Positions 1-12,828 of a stretch of DNA of 64,000 bases are shown piece by piece. This DNA is from Chiloscyllium plagiosum (Eukaryota): positions 82,338,458-82,402,457 of the forward strand of contig NC_057718.1 of the NCBI RefSeq assembly GCF_004010195.1, given 5' to 3'. The notes under the pieces are model-generated. The model was not told where the DNA came from. It searched no databases and saw only the letters and a program-made list of their open reading frames with translations. Within the stretch, counting starts at the first letter, position 1. The number at the start of each line of letters is the position of its first letter. The translations under genes were made by a program, and so were the position numbers.

Positions 1-183
1 CTATCCAATTAGTCTCACCCCATGCTCTTTCTCCCTTCCTCTGCAAATGTCCCTTCTCAAGTATAATTAAGCAGTTCAAACAATTCCATCTACTGTGCTT
101 GCATCAGCATATTCCAGATCATTGTGATGTACTGTTTTTTTAACAAAAAAAACCCCTGGTTTTCAACGAACCAAAAAATTGAA

Positions 184-1010
184 AACTGGATGCTGGAAAT
201 CAGGAACAAAAAGAAATAGAAATTGCTGGAAAATCTCAGCAAATCTGGCAGCAGCATTTGTGGAGAGAAAACAATTATCGTTTCAGGTCCAGTGACTCTT
301 ATTCAGAACTGATAGCAAGGAAAGGGTTGGTATTTATGTGGAAGATGTGGTGGGGAGAAGGGTGGAGTAAATAAAAGGAGATAGACAAAGTGGCTAAAGG
401 TCAGTCTGGGAGAATGAATAGCTGCTAATGGGAGTGATTAGCTAACAATGGGTTGTGTGCACAGACTGAGTGACCACCTTGCAGAACACCTATGTTCTGT
501 CTGCAAAAATGACCCAAGCTTCTAGTTGCTTCCCACTTCAACCTGCTGTGTTTCCTGGCCAACACCATTGTCTCAGGCTTGCTGCAGTGCTCCAGTGAAG
601 TTCAGTGCAAGCTGGAAGAACAGCACCTCCTTTTCCACTTGGAAACTGTGCGAACTCCCAGACTCTATACAGAGTTAAACAATTTTAGGGCTTGAGCAAC
701 TTCGCCCATGTTCTTACCCCAACCCCATCACGTGGACTGCTACCACACACAACCCATTGTCAGCTATTAATCCCCATTAGCTATTCATTCTCCCAGACTG
801 ACCTTTTATCTACTTATTTGTCTGTCCAATTGTTTCTCTCTTTTGGGCTCCATCTCCACTTATCATTTCTATTCTCCCTCCTACCCCCACTACATCCTCA
901 AAAAAATACCATCAGTACTGAAGAAGGGTTACTGCTTGAAGCGCTAACTCTGATTAGTCTCCACAGGTGCTGTCAGACCTACTGAGTTGTTCCAGTAATT
1001 TCTGTTTTTG
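184..1010 (+). mobile_element. Penelope-like element, 5'-truncated with an inverted 5' arm
   Basis: GIY-YIG C-terminal remnants RLSDHLAEHL (~462) and KLEEQHLLFHL (~610). 416-459 is the reverse complement of 746-786. Both termini carry degenerate hammerhead motifs (ctgaaga at 918-924). Confidence 0.8.
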
Positions 1011-1202
1011 CTCATAGCTGTGACTCTGGTGATTTTTGTAGTTATTGCTTTCTAAATTTGTTTTGCTGGGAAAAACATGCTTTTAGTAATTTCAGGTACT
1101 GTTTATATTGGAGGGAGTTAGCAGGAGAAGAAACATTTTAAGTGCTGTAGCTCTCCATACCAGTCTAACCAGTCTACTGACTATGAACTAATCTAATTGA
1201 TG

Positions 1203-1500
1203 TCGAAGAGTGTGGTACTAGAAAAGCACAGCCGGTCAAGTAGTATCTGAGGAGCAGGAGAATTGATGTTTCGGGCACGTGCCCTTCATCAGGAATGAGG
1301 CTTGTGGGCCTAGAGGTCTGAGAGAGAGGTGGGCGGGGCGGGGGTGGGGGAAGGTAGCTGGGAATGTGATAGGTAGATGAAGGTGGGGGAGAACGTGATA
1401 GTTTGGAGAGGAGGGTGGAGCAGATAGGTGGGAAGGAAGATGGACAGGTAGGACCATTCGAGAGGGCGGTGCTGGGTTGGAAGGTTTATACTGGGATAAT
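1203..1500 (-). mobile_element. Penelope-like 3' end / terminal repeat
   Basis: Its reverse complement resembles 57450-57740, the 3' end of the PLE at 56202-57756. Confidence 0.8.
1265..1292 (-). ncRNA. Minimal type I hammerhead ribozyme motif
   Basis: Minus strand reads CTGATGA-A-GGGC-acgt-GCCC-GAAA-CATC. The helix III palindrome ACGT has decayed to ACAT. Confidence 0.65.
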
Positions 1501-1501
1501 T

Positions 1502-2445
1502 AGTGGTGTACTGCAAGGATCTGTTTTGGGGCCACTGCTGTTGATCTTTTTATAAATTAATTAGATAAGGGTGTAGAAGGATGGGTTAGTAAATTTGTGG
1601 ATGACACCAAGGTCAGTGGAGTTGTAATAGTGCTGAAGGATGTTGCAAGTTACAGAGGGACATAAGCTGCAGAGGTGGGCTGAGAGGTGGCAAATGGAGT
1701 TTAATGCAGAAAAGTGTGAGGTGATTCACTTTGGAAGTAGTAACAGGAATACACAGTACTGGGCAATTGATAGGATTCTTGGTATTGTAGATGAGAAGAG
1801 AATCTTGGTGTCCAGGTACATAGATCCAGGTTGATAGGTTTGTTAAGGCATACAGTGTGTTACTTTTATTTATAGGGATTGAGTTTCGGAGCCATGAGGA
1901 CTTGCTGCAGCTGTACAAACCGCTGGTGCGGCCACACATGGTGTATTGCATACAGTTCTGGTCACCGCATTACAGGAAGGATGTGGAAATGTTGGAAAGG
2001 GTTCAGAGGAGATTTACTAGGATGTTGCCTGGTATGGAGGGAAGGCTGAGGGACTTTATGCTGTTTTCGTTAGAGACAAGAAGGTTGAGAGGTGACTTAA
2101 ATGAGACACAGAAGATAATCAGAGGATTAGATAGGTGGACAGTGAGAGCCGTTTTCCTCAGATGATAGTTAGCATGAGGGGACATGGTTTTAAATTGAGG
2201 ACTGATTGATATAGGACAGATGTCGGAGGTAGTTTCTTTACGCAGTAGGAGGGGTGTGGAATGCACTGCCTGCAACAATAGTAGACTCACCAACATTAAG
2301 AGCATTTAAATGGTCATTGGATAGGCATATGGACGAGAATGGAATAGTGTAGGTTAGATGTGCTTCAGATTGGTTTCACAGGTCGGCGCAACTTCGAGGG
2401 CTAAAGGGCCTGTACTGTACTGTTATATTCTATGTTCTAAATGTT
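1502..2445 (+). mobile_element. CR1 LINE 3' fragment (RT C-terminus + tail)
   Basis: KFVDDTK, WQMEFNAEKCEVIHFG and YCIQFWSPHYRKDVEMLERVQRRFTRMLPG motifs; tctatgttcta tail. Confidence 0.9.
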
Positions 2446-2534
2446 CTAGAGGTAAATTACTTGCTGCAGGATTCCTAGCCTTTGACCTGCTCTTGTAGCC
2501 GCAGCATTTATATGGCTAGTCTATATGGTCATTC

Positions 2535-4415
2535 TAATCCCATTTTCCAGCATTTTGCTCATAGCCTTGTAAGCTTTGGCATTGCAAGTGCACACCCAAA
2601 TATTTATGAAACGTTATGAAAGTTTCTGCCTCAACAACCCTTACAGGCAGAGAGTTCCACATTCTCACCACAGTCTGCCTGAATTTTCTCATATTTCCTC
2701 TCAACCTACTGCTCCTAAGCTTTAAAACTGCCCTGGTTATCGAGCCCTCCAACCAAGGAAAAGTTCCTTCCTGTCTACCCTGCCAATAGTTGTGTATGCT
2801 ATGTTGTTTCTGATGTCTTAGTCAATGTCTAGTTTAATTCCTCCTTCCCTTTCTAGTGGTAGATAGAACAGGGTGGCTTGTTAGGCCATTTCAAAGGTTA
2901 GTAAACCACACGTCTTTGAGTCATAGAGATGTACAGCATGGAAACAGACCCTTCGGTCCAACCTGTCCATGCCGACCAGATATTCCAACTCAATCTAGTC
3001 TCACCTGCCCATATGCACCCGGCCCATATCCCTCCAAACCCTTCCTATCCATAAACCCATGCAGATGCCATTTAAATGTTGCAATTGTACCAGCCTCCAC
3101 CACTTCCTCTTGCAGCTCATTCCATACGCATGCCACCCTCTGTGTGAAAAAGCTGTCCCTTAGGTCTCTCTTATATCTTCCCCTCTCACCCAAACTTATG
3201 CTGTCTACTCTGGACTCCCCCACCCCAGGGAAAAGACTTTGTCTATTTATCCTATGCATGCCCCTCATGATTTTATAGACTTCTATAAAGTCACCCTTCA
3301 GCCTCTGCGCCAGGGAAAACAGCCCACCCAAACCTCTCCCTACAGCTCAAATCCTCCAACTCTGGCAACATCCTTGTAAATTTTTTCTGAACCCTTTCAA
3401 GTTTCACAGCATCCTTCTGATAGGATGACCAGAATTGCACGCAATATTCCAACAGTGGCCTAACCAATGTCCTGTACAGCCGCAACATGACCTTCCAATT
3501 GCTGTACTCAATACTCTGGCCAATAAAGGAAAGCGTACCAAACGCCACCTTCACTATCCTATCTACCTGTGACACCGCAGGCCAGTGTGTGCAAGGACAG
3601 CTGGTTCCTTACATCGGAAGGATGTTTGTGAATCATTTGGGGTTTTACAACAATCCAAGGATGGTTTTACAAAGAACAGTACAGCACAGGAACAGGCCAT
3701 TCAGCCCACCAAGACTACATCAACACGTGATACCTTTCTAAACTTAAAAACCTTTTGCCTCTGTGGTCTGTATCCCTCTAGTCCCTGTACATTCATATCT
3801 ATTAAGATGCCTCTTAAGCATTGCTATTGTATCTGCTTCCACCAATTCTGCTGGTAGTGCATTTCAGACACTTTCCACCCTTTGAGTTTAAACAAAAAAC
3901 AAACTCGCTTTTACCTTAAACCTATGTGCCCTAATAACTGATATTTCTACCTTGGGAAAATGACTCCAATTATTCACTCTATTTGTGCGCCTCATGGTTT
4001 TATAACATTGTCAGGTTGTGCCACTTCCTTGGTTAAATGAAAACAAACCAGTTGTTGTTAATATCCTCCAGACCAGGTAACATTCTGGTAAACAGTTTCT
4101 GTACCCTCTCCAAAGCCTCCCCCACCTCCTTGTGTGGTGGCCAATCCTGTACACAGTATTCCAAATGTGGCTTAACTAAAGTTCTATACAGCTGCAAAAT
4201 GACTTGCTAACTTTTTACTTTATGCCCTTTTGTAGGCAAGTATGCTGTTTTCTTGATTACCTTCTCCACCTGCGTGGCCACTTTCAGGAACCTGTGGATC
4301 CATATTCCTAGATCCCTCTGGTGCTACTAAAAGTTCTGACATTTGCTGCATACTTACATCCTGCTTTAGATGTTCCAAAATGCATCACTTTGCCTTTATC
4401 TATATTGAACTCCAT
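2535..4415 (-). mobile_element. Cluster of three CR1 3' fragments (~2535-2790, ~2915-3575, ~3665-4415) interleaved with pieces of a tRNA-headed element
   Basis: Minus-strand LEYCVQFWS, LERVQKKFTRML and VVRMWNSLP motifs. Intervening pieces (2450-2530, 2850-2915, 3580-3665, 4445-4566) resemble the element at 36811 and 37829. Confidence 0.75.
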
Positions 4416-5794
4416 TATTTTGTGGCTGTCATTTGACATTTTTTAAGGCAAGATTTTTATTGAATTTAAATTACCACACCTTGCAGTGGTGGGATTGAAA
4501 CCTCAACACAACCTGGCTCTCTGGATTACTAGTCCAAAGGCAATACCACTAGGCCATCACCACCTCTAGTACGGTGGTCAAAGAACCTGGCATTGGGAAT
4601 GTTGTCCCACAGAGAACCACTGTCCTGTCCTTATTGCCAAACCCCTCTTTCCCTCACTCCTTCCACCATCACTCACCCAGGATCTAGCAACAATAGTAGG
4701 CTTTTAGTAGTGCTGTACCAGTAACAGCTGCAATTTCCTCGATAACACTGTTCAGTAGAGCTTCTGGCCTTTAGTCTGCAGGTAGGATGTCTGCTCCAGG
4801 GTCCTTTATCCTGACAGAAGGCTTTACACCGGCCTTTCTTGTGTCTAGGTGGTATATGGTGTGACAGGCCTTCTGAAACGGGTCAACACAGCTTTCCAAT
4901 CAATTGTTGCAACTCCTGTCACCTCTTTCAGAATCTAGTGATTTTGTTTGAAACTGCAGTTAAAAGGCTGCTATATTAATCCTTGAATTGATCAATGGTA
5001 TCTGCAGCCTAGAAGAGCAAATGCACTGTCTAAAAGCCAATAAAACGACAGGCCCTTGTGTCAAATCTTTCTTCGTCATCCCCTGGGAATCTCGTTCTAA
5101 TGCTGCTTGATTATTTAATGGTATCTTAAGAATTCTGTTCTTGACTTGCGTGCCAAGAATGCCAATCTGACTGCATTGTTAAAACTAACATCTTAATATA
5201 TGGTGAATTACAGGCAGTCAAGTCTATCACTATACATCTGTCGGACTTAAATATTGTACTTGTATGCAAATGTTGGCAGGGAGGAAACATTTATTTAAAA
5301 GTTGAATGTAATGAGTAACATTAAGATTCTATCACATCAATCCAAGTAGATGGCATGTTTGAAAGCTTGGCTGATCGTCAAGGGGTATGTAATGAGCAAT
5401 TATTTTCACTTATTGAATTGGCACCAACTGACAAACCTGTGCAACTCGGTGGGGACCTTCAAAAAGCAAATTATTTCAGAGCACTGCACAGTGGGTGTTT
5501 TCAACTATTTATTCCAACAATTAAATGGTATCTGTATGAATTTTACTCCTTGATACCGAGAGCACAATATTAGAGCATTTAAAGGTTCTGCTATCTGAAC
5601 GTGCACTGCATTAATAAGGCTGGCATACATTAGCTAGTTCTTGCTCAAGAATATGCTAATGGGTTACTTCCTTAAGCTTTTTAAAAATATATCTATATAT
5701 AAATACTCAGTGGCTTTTTAGGCCTGTCAGATACGTAGTCACCCACATAGCGTGCCTGGTGTGAACCAGACTAGCAGGGGATGGCAAGTTCTCT

Positions 5795-6155
5795 TTTGTG
5801 GCTCATTGGAAGCAGTTTAACCTGTTGAGGTTATGGGTTCAGGTCTCTTGCTAACACAGTGCAGCACTAGTGAATGTTACCCTTTAAATAAGACATTAAT
5901 CCCTCTCCTACTGTCACTCCATCTGAGCTATTCAAAGAGGAGATGGGAGCTCTGTACCTGCTCCTGGCCCATATTTATTCTTCAACTGAAACCACTAAGC
6001 ACATTATCTGGTGATTTGTCATTGAGAGAGGTAGCTTTGCAGAAATTGGTTGCCATGTTTTCATACTACATAAGTGACTACCGAACACTTAATAGGAAAA
6101 GTGTGGAGCTTGAAGGATCATAACAAGCATCACAGACGTGCAAGGTCTTTCTTTT
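5795..6155 (+). mobile_element. Old Deu-domain SINE (SacSINE1/AmnSINE1-like)
   Basis: B-box-like gggttcagg; Deu-like core cctggccccatatttattcttcaac...attatctggtgatttgtcatt...aaattggttgccatgttt; tail gtgcaaggtcttttcttt. Confidence 0.6.
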
Positions 6156-6319
6156 CAGTGTAGATATTGGATTTTTATAATAATTCAGCACCTTTCCTTA
6201 GTTTTGCAACTTAACCAGGGCAAGATTGAAATTCTGTTTCAGAATCTTGAGCATAATCATTTGTTACTCGTGGAATTATTCTTTGGCTGAAACTGAAGAA
6301 AATCAGAAAAGCAGAGAGT

Positions 6320-7250
6320 AATGGTAAGTGACAGTGTTTTTCAGACTGGCAGCAAATATAGTGGTGTCACTAGCAGTTGGTATTAGGACCACTGTACTCT
6401 GCTTTGTATTCATAACCTGGACTTGAGTACACTGGGCGTAATTTTAAAATTTTGCAGCTTGTATAAAACTTAAAATGTAATAAACAGTGAAGATAGTAGA
6501 TAATTTAGGAAGTGTAGCCTATTGAGGTCAGGCACATAGCTATTGAAATTTAAGAGGGAAGTGTGATGTAATATGTTTTAGTAGGAAGAATGAGTGGGGC
6601 AATATGAACTTAATGGTAGGATTTTAAAGCTCGTGCAGGAATCTAGAAACTTTGGGGTATATGTCCCAGCATTCTGGTGTACAAGTTGAGAAGACTTAAG
6701 AAATATGGGATTCTTCACTTTATTAATAGTGAGAAAAAGTGTAAACATTAAGTAGTTATGCTCACTAGTTTGGTTTCAACTAGGGTAATGTTCAATTCTA
6801 CTTTAGGAAGTATGTGTAAGCCTTGGAAATGGAGGAGAGATATTAGTTGTGGGATTTCAGTTATGTGGAGAGAATGCAACTAATTCTGCACTTGAGGGAA
6901 AAGTTGAGATTTGATAAAAGTATGCAAAATTGAATGTTTTGATACATTAGAAAAGAAGCTACTTGCTACAAGCATCAGTTGACAGTCCAAGGACACTGAT
7001 TTTTGCAAGTGTTTGGTAAAAGAATTCAATGCAATTCAAAGTTGTTTTTTAAAACGCTATCAAGTTTAATGTAGAATGCTCCCAGTGACTTTTGAAAGGA
7101 AATAGGATACTTACTTGATTGGGAGAGGTGGGTGGAAATTGCATAGCTATTGGGATAGAGCTCAGAAATGAGATGTCTTGGATGACTGAATCAATTAGTC
7201 AGTACAAGCACAATAGGCAGAACGGCCTGCTTCACATTGCATCATTTTGT
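6320..7250 (+). mobile_element. Ancient CR1 3' fragment
   Basis: Degenerate but collinear with the younger CR1 RT and 3' copies in this window. Confidence 0.65.
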
Positions 7251-7559
7251 GATTTCCTTCAGTTAGTGCTTTTGTTATTTTTGAAAAATATACAGTAATT
7301 ATAACACCGAAGGAAGCCATTCGACACATTGTGCTAGTTCTTTTAAACAGTTGACCAGTTAGTCCCAGTATTCCCGCCCAGCAATATTTTTCTGTCTATA
7401 TAGTGATTCACTTGAAATGAGTTTTTTTTAGAAAGACATTTGAGGATTGACAGGTCTACTCTACTGTTAACTTGACAAATTAATGCTAACATTATTTAAT
7501 ACCTATGTATAATTTCATAAGTTGGGGCTGTAGACCTCATGTTTAATCAACAAAGTTGT

Positions 7560-7750
7560 TGAAAATACCAGACAATCTTAGCAGGCCTGACCACATGTGA
7601 GATTTGAAACTGGGTTAATGTTTCAAGTCTGACTGTTCTTCAGAACCAAGGAATCCTATTAATCCTGTTATTCTGTCCACAGATGTGGCCAGACCTGCTG
7701 AGGCTCTCCAGCATTTTCTCTCTTTATTTCAGATTTCTAGCATCTCAGTG
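7560..7750. mobile_element. Degenerate inverted-repeat PLE terminal-repeat mini-element
   Basis: Left arm agcaggcctgaccacat...gttcttcagaa is inverted relative to right arm ccacagatgtggccagacctgctgag. Confidence 0.6.
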
Positions 7751-8063
7751 TATGCTTTTGTTACAGTGAGATGATATTCTGGGCTTAAAAATACATGATG
7801 TCTGTTTCTGCCAGTACCTAATAACTTCAAGTTTCATCCTCAAAAATAAGTGGTGATTTCATAGATGAACAGAGTGGGAGGGATCTCATGCCAGTTTTTG
7901 AATCTGTCTAATCTGTGCTAATGTTTCTAAGCACATCCTGTAAACTGAGCTTCCGCTGTCTCCTGGAAAAAGCTTCTTCAGGTCCTCAACTTTCCCCTAT
8001 TCAAGTAAATCATTGCTAGTTTGTATTTGACCTGATTATAACTACCTTCTGTTTGTATCTTAG

Positions 8064-8159
8064 CTAAGTGTCCGAAGGAAGAACACAAAAGAGATGTTTG
8101 GTGGATTTTTGAAGAGTATGATGAAAAGTGCTGATGAAGTACTCGTCTCTGGAGCCAGG
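8064..8159 (+). CDS. SNX5: Sorting nexin 5-like, internal coding exon (first one in window), 96 nt
   Basis: Acceptor ttag| and donor |gtaact. Encodes LSVRRKNTKEMFGGFLKSMMKSADEVLVSGAR, matching the SNX5 post-PX motif LSVRRKNTKEMFGGF as I recall it. Phase 0/0. Upstream PX exons lie outside the window. Confidence 0.93.
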
Positions 8160-9036
8160 GTAACTTTGGCATTAACTCTTAAGGAGTATAGAAATTTGGG
8201 ATATAAATATAACTTTGATAATGCCATTTATATTCAGAAAAAACTTAAATTTATAAGACAACATTTTTTTGACAAGCTAGTGTCAACTTCTGAGTGACAT
8301 TTTTGAGGTTGTTAAAATCCATCCTGTCATAGGCTTGAAGGGCCAAATAGAAAACTACTGTTTCTGTTTTCTGTTTCTAATTGCCTCACTATCACAGCTG
8401 CCATATCAGTGACTGGTTGCCACCAATTCCACCCACAAAAGTAGGACAAAAGTATATTAACCTCTATGGACATGACCATGACCTTCTGCACACTAAATTA
8501 ATGAAATTTATCAATCCATCAAAAATAAGCTAATATAAACCTGCCTCTCGCATCTCCATTTTAAAAACTTCCTCCTCTCAGGTTAAACCTGTACCCTCGA
8601 CTATTTAAGCCCAGACATTTGTGAACAAGATTCTGTGCCTCTCACTAGTTTTATATACCTCTATCAGATCACCCCTCAGCCTCTTACTGCATTTAATTAT
8701 TAGTATTTACAGCACCAAATTAGATCAATTTTTTGCTTCACAAGCCTCTTCCCATTCCTTTTCATCTGACTTTACAATCTTTCCTCCTATTCCCTTCTCC
8801 CTTCTGTTTATCTCACTTCACTTAATCTAACTGTGCCAGCATATTCAAGCAAAGGCTTGAATAAAGCAGGACAATGCCAACAGATCTCATGGGTCAAATG
8901 TACTGTTTCTGTGCTGCTAAATGCTATACAATGTAGATTGAGCAGCATTCCACTGTGGTTTAGCAATTTGACTGCCAGAACTGTCTGAAGTGGATATCTT
9001 TGGAATATGCATGCCCAGTTTAGGCCCTAATGAAGG

Positions 9037-9212
9037 GAGAAAGTGAGGACTGCAGATGCTGGAGATCAGAGTTGAGAATGTGGTACTGGAAAAGCGCACA
9101 GATCTGGCAGCAGCTGAGGAGCAGGAAAGTCAACGTTTCAGGCTTATGTCCGAAACGTTGATTCTCTTGCTCCTCTGCTGCCTGACCTGTGCTTTTTCAG
9201 CACCACACTCTT
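9037..9212. mobile_element. Palindromic PLE terminal-repeat mini-element
   Basis: Inverted arms join at aacgtttcaggcttatgtccgaaacgtt, so the hinge lies inside hammerhead helix II. Confidence 0.8.
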
Positions 9213-9864
9213 GAAGAGTTTCTAATGAAGCCTGGGTTTCCCACATCAGTTTGGAACTTTAGCACCTGTAGTCAAGGCTGTTTCAAGAGGAGAATTCTGA
9301 TATGCACTGTTTTAATGTGGGTCATAGAAATGGGCATAGGACATGCTGCTTTTTCATGAATATTCTATCATTCAAGTCTTAGTTATGGTAAATCTAACTT
9401 CTCTCCTGTTTGGTTCCATTGTGCTTGATTGACTGTTGCTAGGCAAAAACTATCTCCCTTCATTCTGAAATAAATTTATATGACCATTGAACTTTAAAGT
9501 TGAGATGTCTGTGGGGTGGGGTTTTGAGATTTCCACTTGTCTTTTAGCAGAACATCTTGACATCTCACTTGAATGGACTTATTCTAATTTTATGCTTGAC
9601 ACTCGGGTCATAATTTATAATATGCAAAATTCAATTCAAAGTGGCTAGAATGTGGAACTTGTTACCTCCTCAGGTGGTTGAGGAGCATAGACTGAATGCA
9701 GTTAAGATGGAAATGAGAGAAACAAGTGTTGGGGACACTTTAGATGTAATAATGAGAGGAGACTTGTGTCAAGCACAAAACTGACCCAAACCTGTTGGGT
9801 GCGCAGTCGTCTACTGTACCATACATGTTTCTTAAAGTAACCTTTTTTATTTTCCTTTGTGCAG

Positions 9865-9970
9865 GATGCCGATGAGTTCTTTGAACATGAGAAGACATTT
9901 CTTGTAGAATATGGCGTCAAAATTAAAGACTCAGCAATAAAGGCAGAAAAAATGACTAGAGTTCACAAAA
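9865..9970 (+). CDS. SNX5: Sorting nexin 5-like coding exon, 106 nt (start of BAR domain)
   Basis: Polypyrimidine tract + gcag| and |gtatgt. DADEFFEHEKTFLVEYGVKIKDSAIKAEKMTRVHK. Phase 0/1. Confidence 0.93.
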
Positions 9971-10105
9971 GTATGTGTCAGTCTGCCTGTTTATATTTCA
10001 CTAGCTTTTGTTTTATAAATAGCTTTTATGCAGTTTTCTTCTTTTTAAAAAAAAGAGTTGACTGCCAACTCTGCTTGTTTTGATTGGCGCTGTCTCTTTC
10101 TCCAG

Positions 10106-10181
10106 ATGTTTCTGATGATTACCTTAGTTTATCCTCTTCCTTGAATGAACTTGCAATAGACAATAAAGCTCCACTGAACAA
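10106..10181 (+). CDS. SNX5: Sorting nexin 5-like coding exon, 76 nt
   Basis: tctccag| and |gtaagt. (N)VSDDYLSLSSSLNELAIDNKAPLN. Phase 1/2, compatible with both neighbours. Confidence 0.9.
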
Positions 10182-10759
10182 GTAAGTCCTTTTTTCATCT
10201 ACATGATCATCCTGGTTGAGCCTGAGAAGTGATGTTCCTTCATTGCAAACTCCCACAGACTTATTTCTTTTTCCTTTTTTAAAAAAGAAATGAAGTATTT
10301 TCAGATGCCCTGGAGTAGCATTATCTACTTGTCTCTAGTCAAGAAGGTAGTGAGATGAGCTTCTGCCTTGAATCATTGCAGTCTGTGTGGTGAAGGCACT
10401 TCAATAATCCCATTCGGTAGATGTTCTAGGATCTTAACCAGCAATGCTGTAACAATTGCAATGTATAGTGTGGCTTGTCAGAATTGGTGATGGTATTACC
10501 ATGTAATTGTTGTCCTTGTCCTGTTTGGTTCTTTTGAGGTATGTAGAGAGTGTTGTCCCAATTATTGTAGTATGTCCTGTAGACAATGTACATTGCTGAT
10601 GATGAAAGGTTATGGATGTTCAAGATAGATGGGCTAGCAATCAAGCATTGAGGTTTTTTTGCCCTAAAAGTTGCAAGTATAAAAGTGCCTCAACTGTAAG
10701 GAGACTTTTTTGAAGGAGCTTTAGAGTTTGGGTGACCTGATTTGGGAAAAAGCAAGCTA

Positions 10760-12445
10760 GGTTAGAACATTACAGTGCAGTACAGGGCCTTCTGCCCTCT
10801 GTGCCAACCTGTGAAACCAATCTGAAGCCCATCTGACCTACACTATTCCATTCTCGTCCATATGCCTATCCAATGAGCATTTAAATACTCTTAAAGTTGG
10901 CAAATCTACTATTGTTGCAGGCAGGGCATTCCATGCCCCTACTATTGTCTGAGTAAAGAAAATGCCTCTGACATCTGTCCTATATCTATCACCCCTCAAT
11001 TTAAAGCCATGTCCCCTCATGCTAGCCATCTCAAACTGAGGAACAAAACTTCCCACTGTCCATCCTATCTAACCCTCTGCTCATGTCTCTTTTAAGTCAC
11101 TTCTCAACCTTCTCTCTAACAAAAATAACCTTGAGTCCATGAGTCTTCATAAGACCTTTCATCCATACAGGGCAACATCTTAGTAAACTTTCTCTGAACC
11201 CTTTCCAAAACTTCCGCATCCTTCCTATAAACGTGGTGACCAGAACTGTAAGCAATATTCCAAGTGCAGCTGTACAAAACTCTGGTGCAGCTGCACCATG
11301 ACCTCGTGGCTCTGAAACTCAATCCCTCCACCAATAAAAGCTAACACACTGGAGGCCGCCTTAACAGTCCTATCAACCTGGATGGCAACTTCCAGGGATC
11401 TTTGCACATGGTAAGATTCTTGGTGGTGTAGATGAGCAGAGAGACCACGATGTCCATTAGCCCAGTACTCTTTTTATTTCTGTTGCTCCTTCCAAAGTGA
11501 ATCACCTCACACTTCTCCACATTAAACTCCATTTGCCACCCCTTGGCCCAATGCTGTAGCTTATCTATGTCCCTCTATCTGCAACATCCTTCGGCACTAT
11601 CTACAACTCCACCAACTTTAATGTCATCCGCAAATTTACTAACCCATCCTTCTATGCCCTCATCCAAGTCATTTATACAAATTACAAACAGCAGTGGCCC
11701 CAAAACAAATCCTTGCGGTACACCCAGGACCCAGGATGAGCATTACCATCAGCCACCACCCTCTATTGTCTTTCAGCTAGCCAATCTCTGATCCAAACAC
11801 CTAAATCACCCTCAATCCCATGCCTCTGTATTTTGTGCGAAAGCCTGCTGTGGGGAATCTTATCAAAAGCCTTACTGCAATCCATATGCACCACATCAAT
11901 CACTTACCCCCATCCACGTGTTTGGTCACCTTCTCAAAGAACTCTATAAGGTTTGTGAGGCACGACCAACCCTTCTCAAAACTGTGTTGACTATCCTTAA
12001 TTAACTTATTCCTCTCCAGATGATAAATTCTCTCTCTCCTATAACCTTTTCCAACACTACTCAGAACTAAAGTAAAGCTCGCTGGTCTGTAATTGCCAGG
12101 GTTGTCTCTACTCCCCTTCTTGAACAAGGGGACAACATTTGCTATCCTCCAGTCTTGTGACACTCATCCTGTAGACAATGATGACATAAAGATCGAAGCC
12201 AAAGGCTCTGCAATCTCCTCCTGCTTCCCAGAGGATCCTAGGATAAATCCCATCCAGCCCAGGGGAGTTATTTATTTTCATACTTTCCAGAATTGCTAAC
12301 ACCATCTTGTGAACCTCAATTCCGTCTAGTCTAGTAGCCTGTATCTCAGTATTCGCCTCGACAACATTGTCATTTTCCAGTATGAATACTGATGGAAAAT
12401 ATTCATTTAGCGCTTCTCCTATCTCTTCAGACTCCATGCACAACT
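10760..12445 (-). mobile_element. CR1 LINE, 5'-truncated (RT)
   Basis: DWRIANVVPLFKKGSRDNPGNYRP, SCLTNLIEFFE, KFADD and LEYCLQFWSP motifs. Confidence 0.9.
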
Positions 12446-12788
12446 TAAAAGGTGTCTAAGTAGAATTACAAAGGGGGAAGTGAGCTGGAAGGTTCATGGT
12501 ATACAGTACAGAAGAGGTCCTTCAGCCCATCAAATCTATGCCACCAATCATTCTGCATAATAATTAGAGAGCAAGAATTTGGGGCTTGAAAGTTGGTCCT
12601 CTGTGATATGTGTAGCATAGACAGCATTCAGCAGGTTTAAATTGGAAGTGGCAAGTGTTTGTCTTTTAATTTTTATATTCATTACCAGGTCAACCCTTTT
12701 GTATCAAACAAAATTATTTTTCTCTTCAACAATAATGTGAGGACTACAAATCATTCTTAATGAATGAAAATGTGATTTCTCTTTCTAG

Positions 12789-12828
12789 CTACTACATGAA
12801 GCTTTCAGACGTGTTTGAAAAGCTCAGG
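12789..12828 (+). CDS. SNX5: Sorting nexin 5-like coding exon, 40 nt
   Basis: ctttctag| and |gtaagt. (N)YYMKLSDVFEKLR. Phase 2/0. Confidence 0.9.
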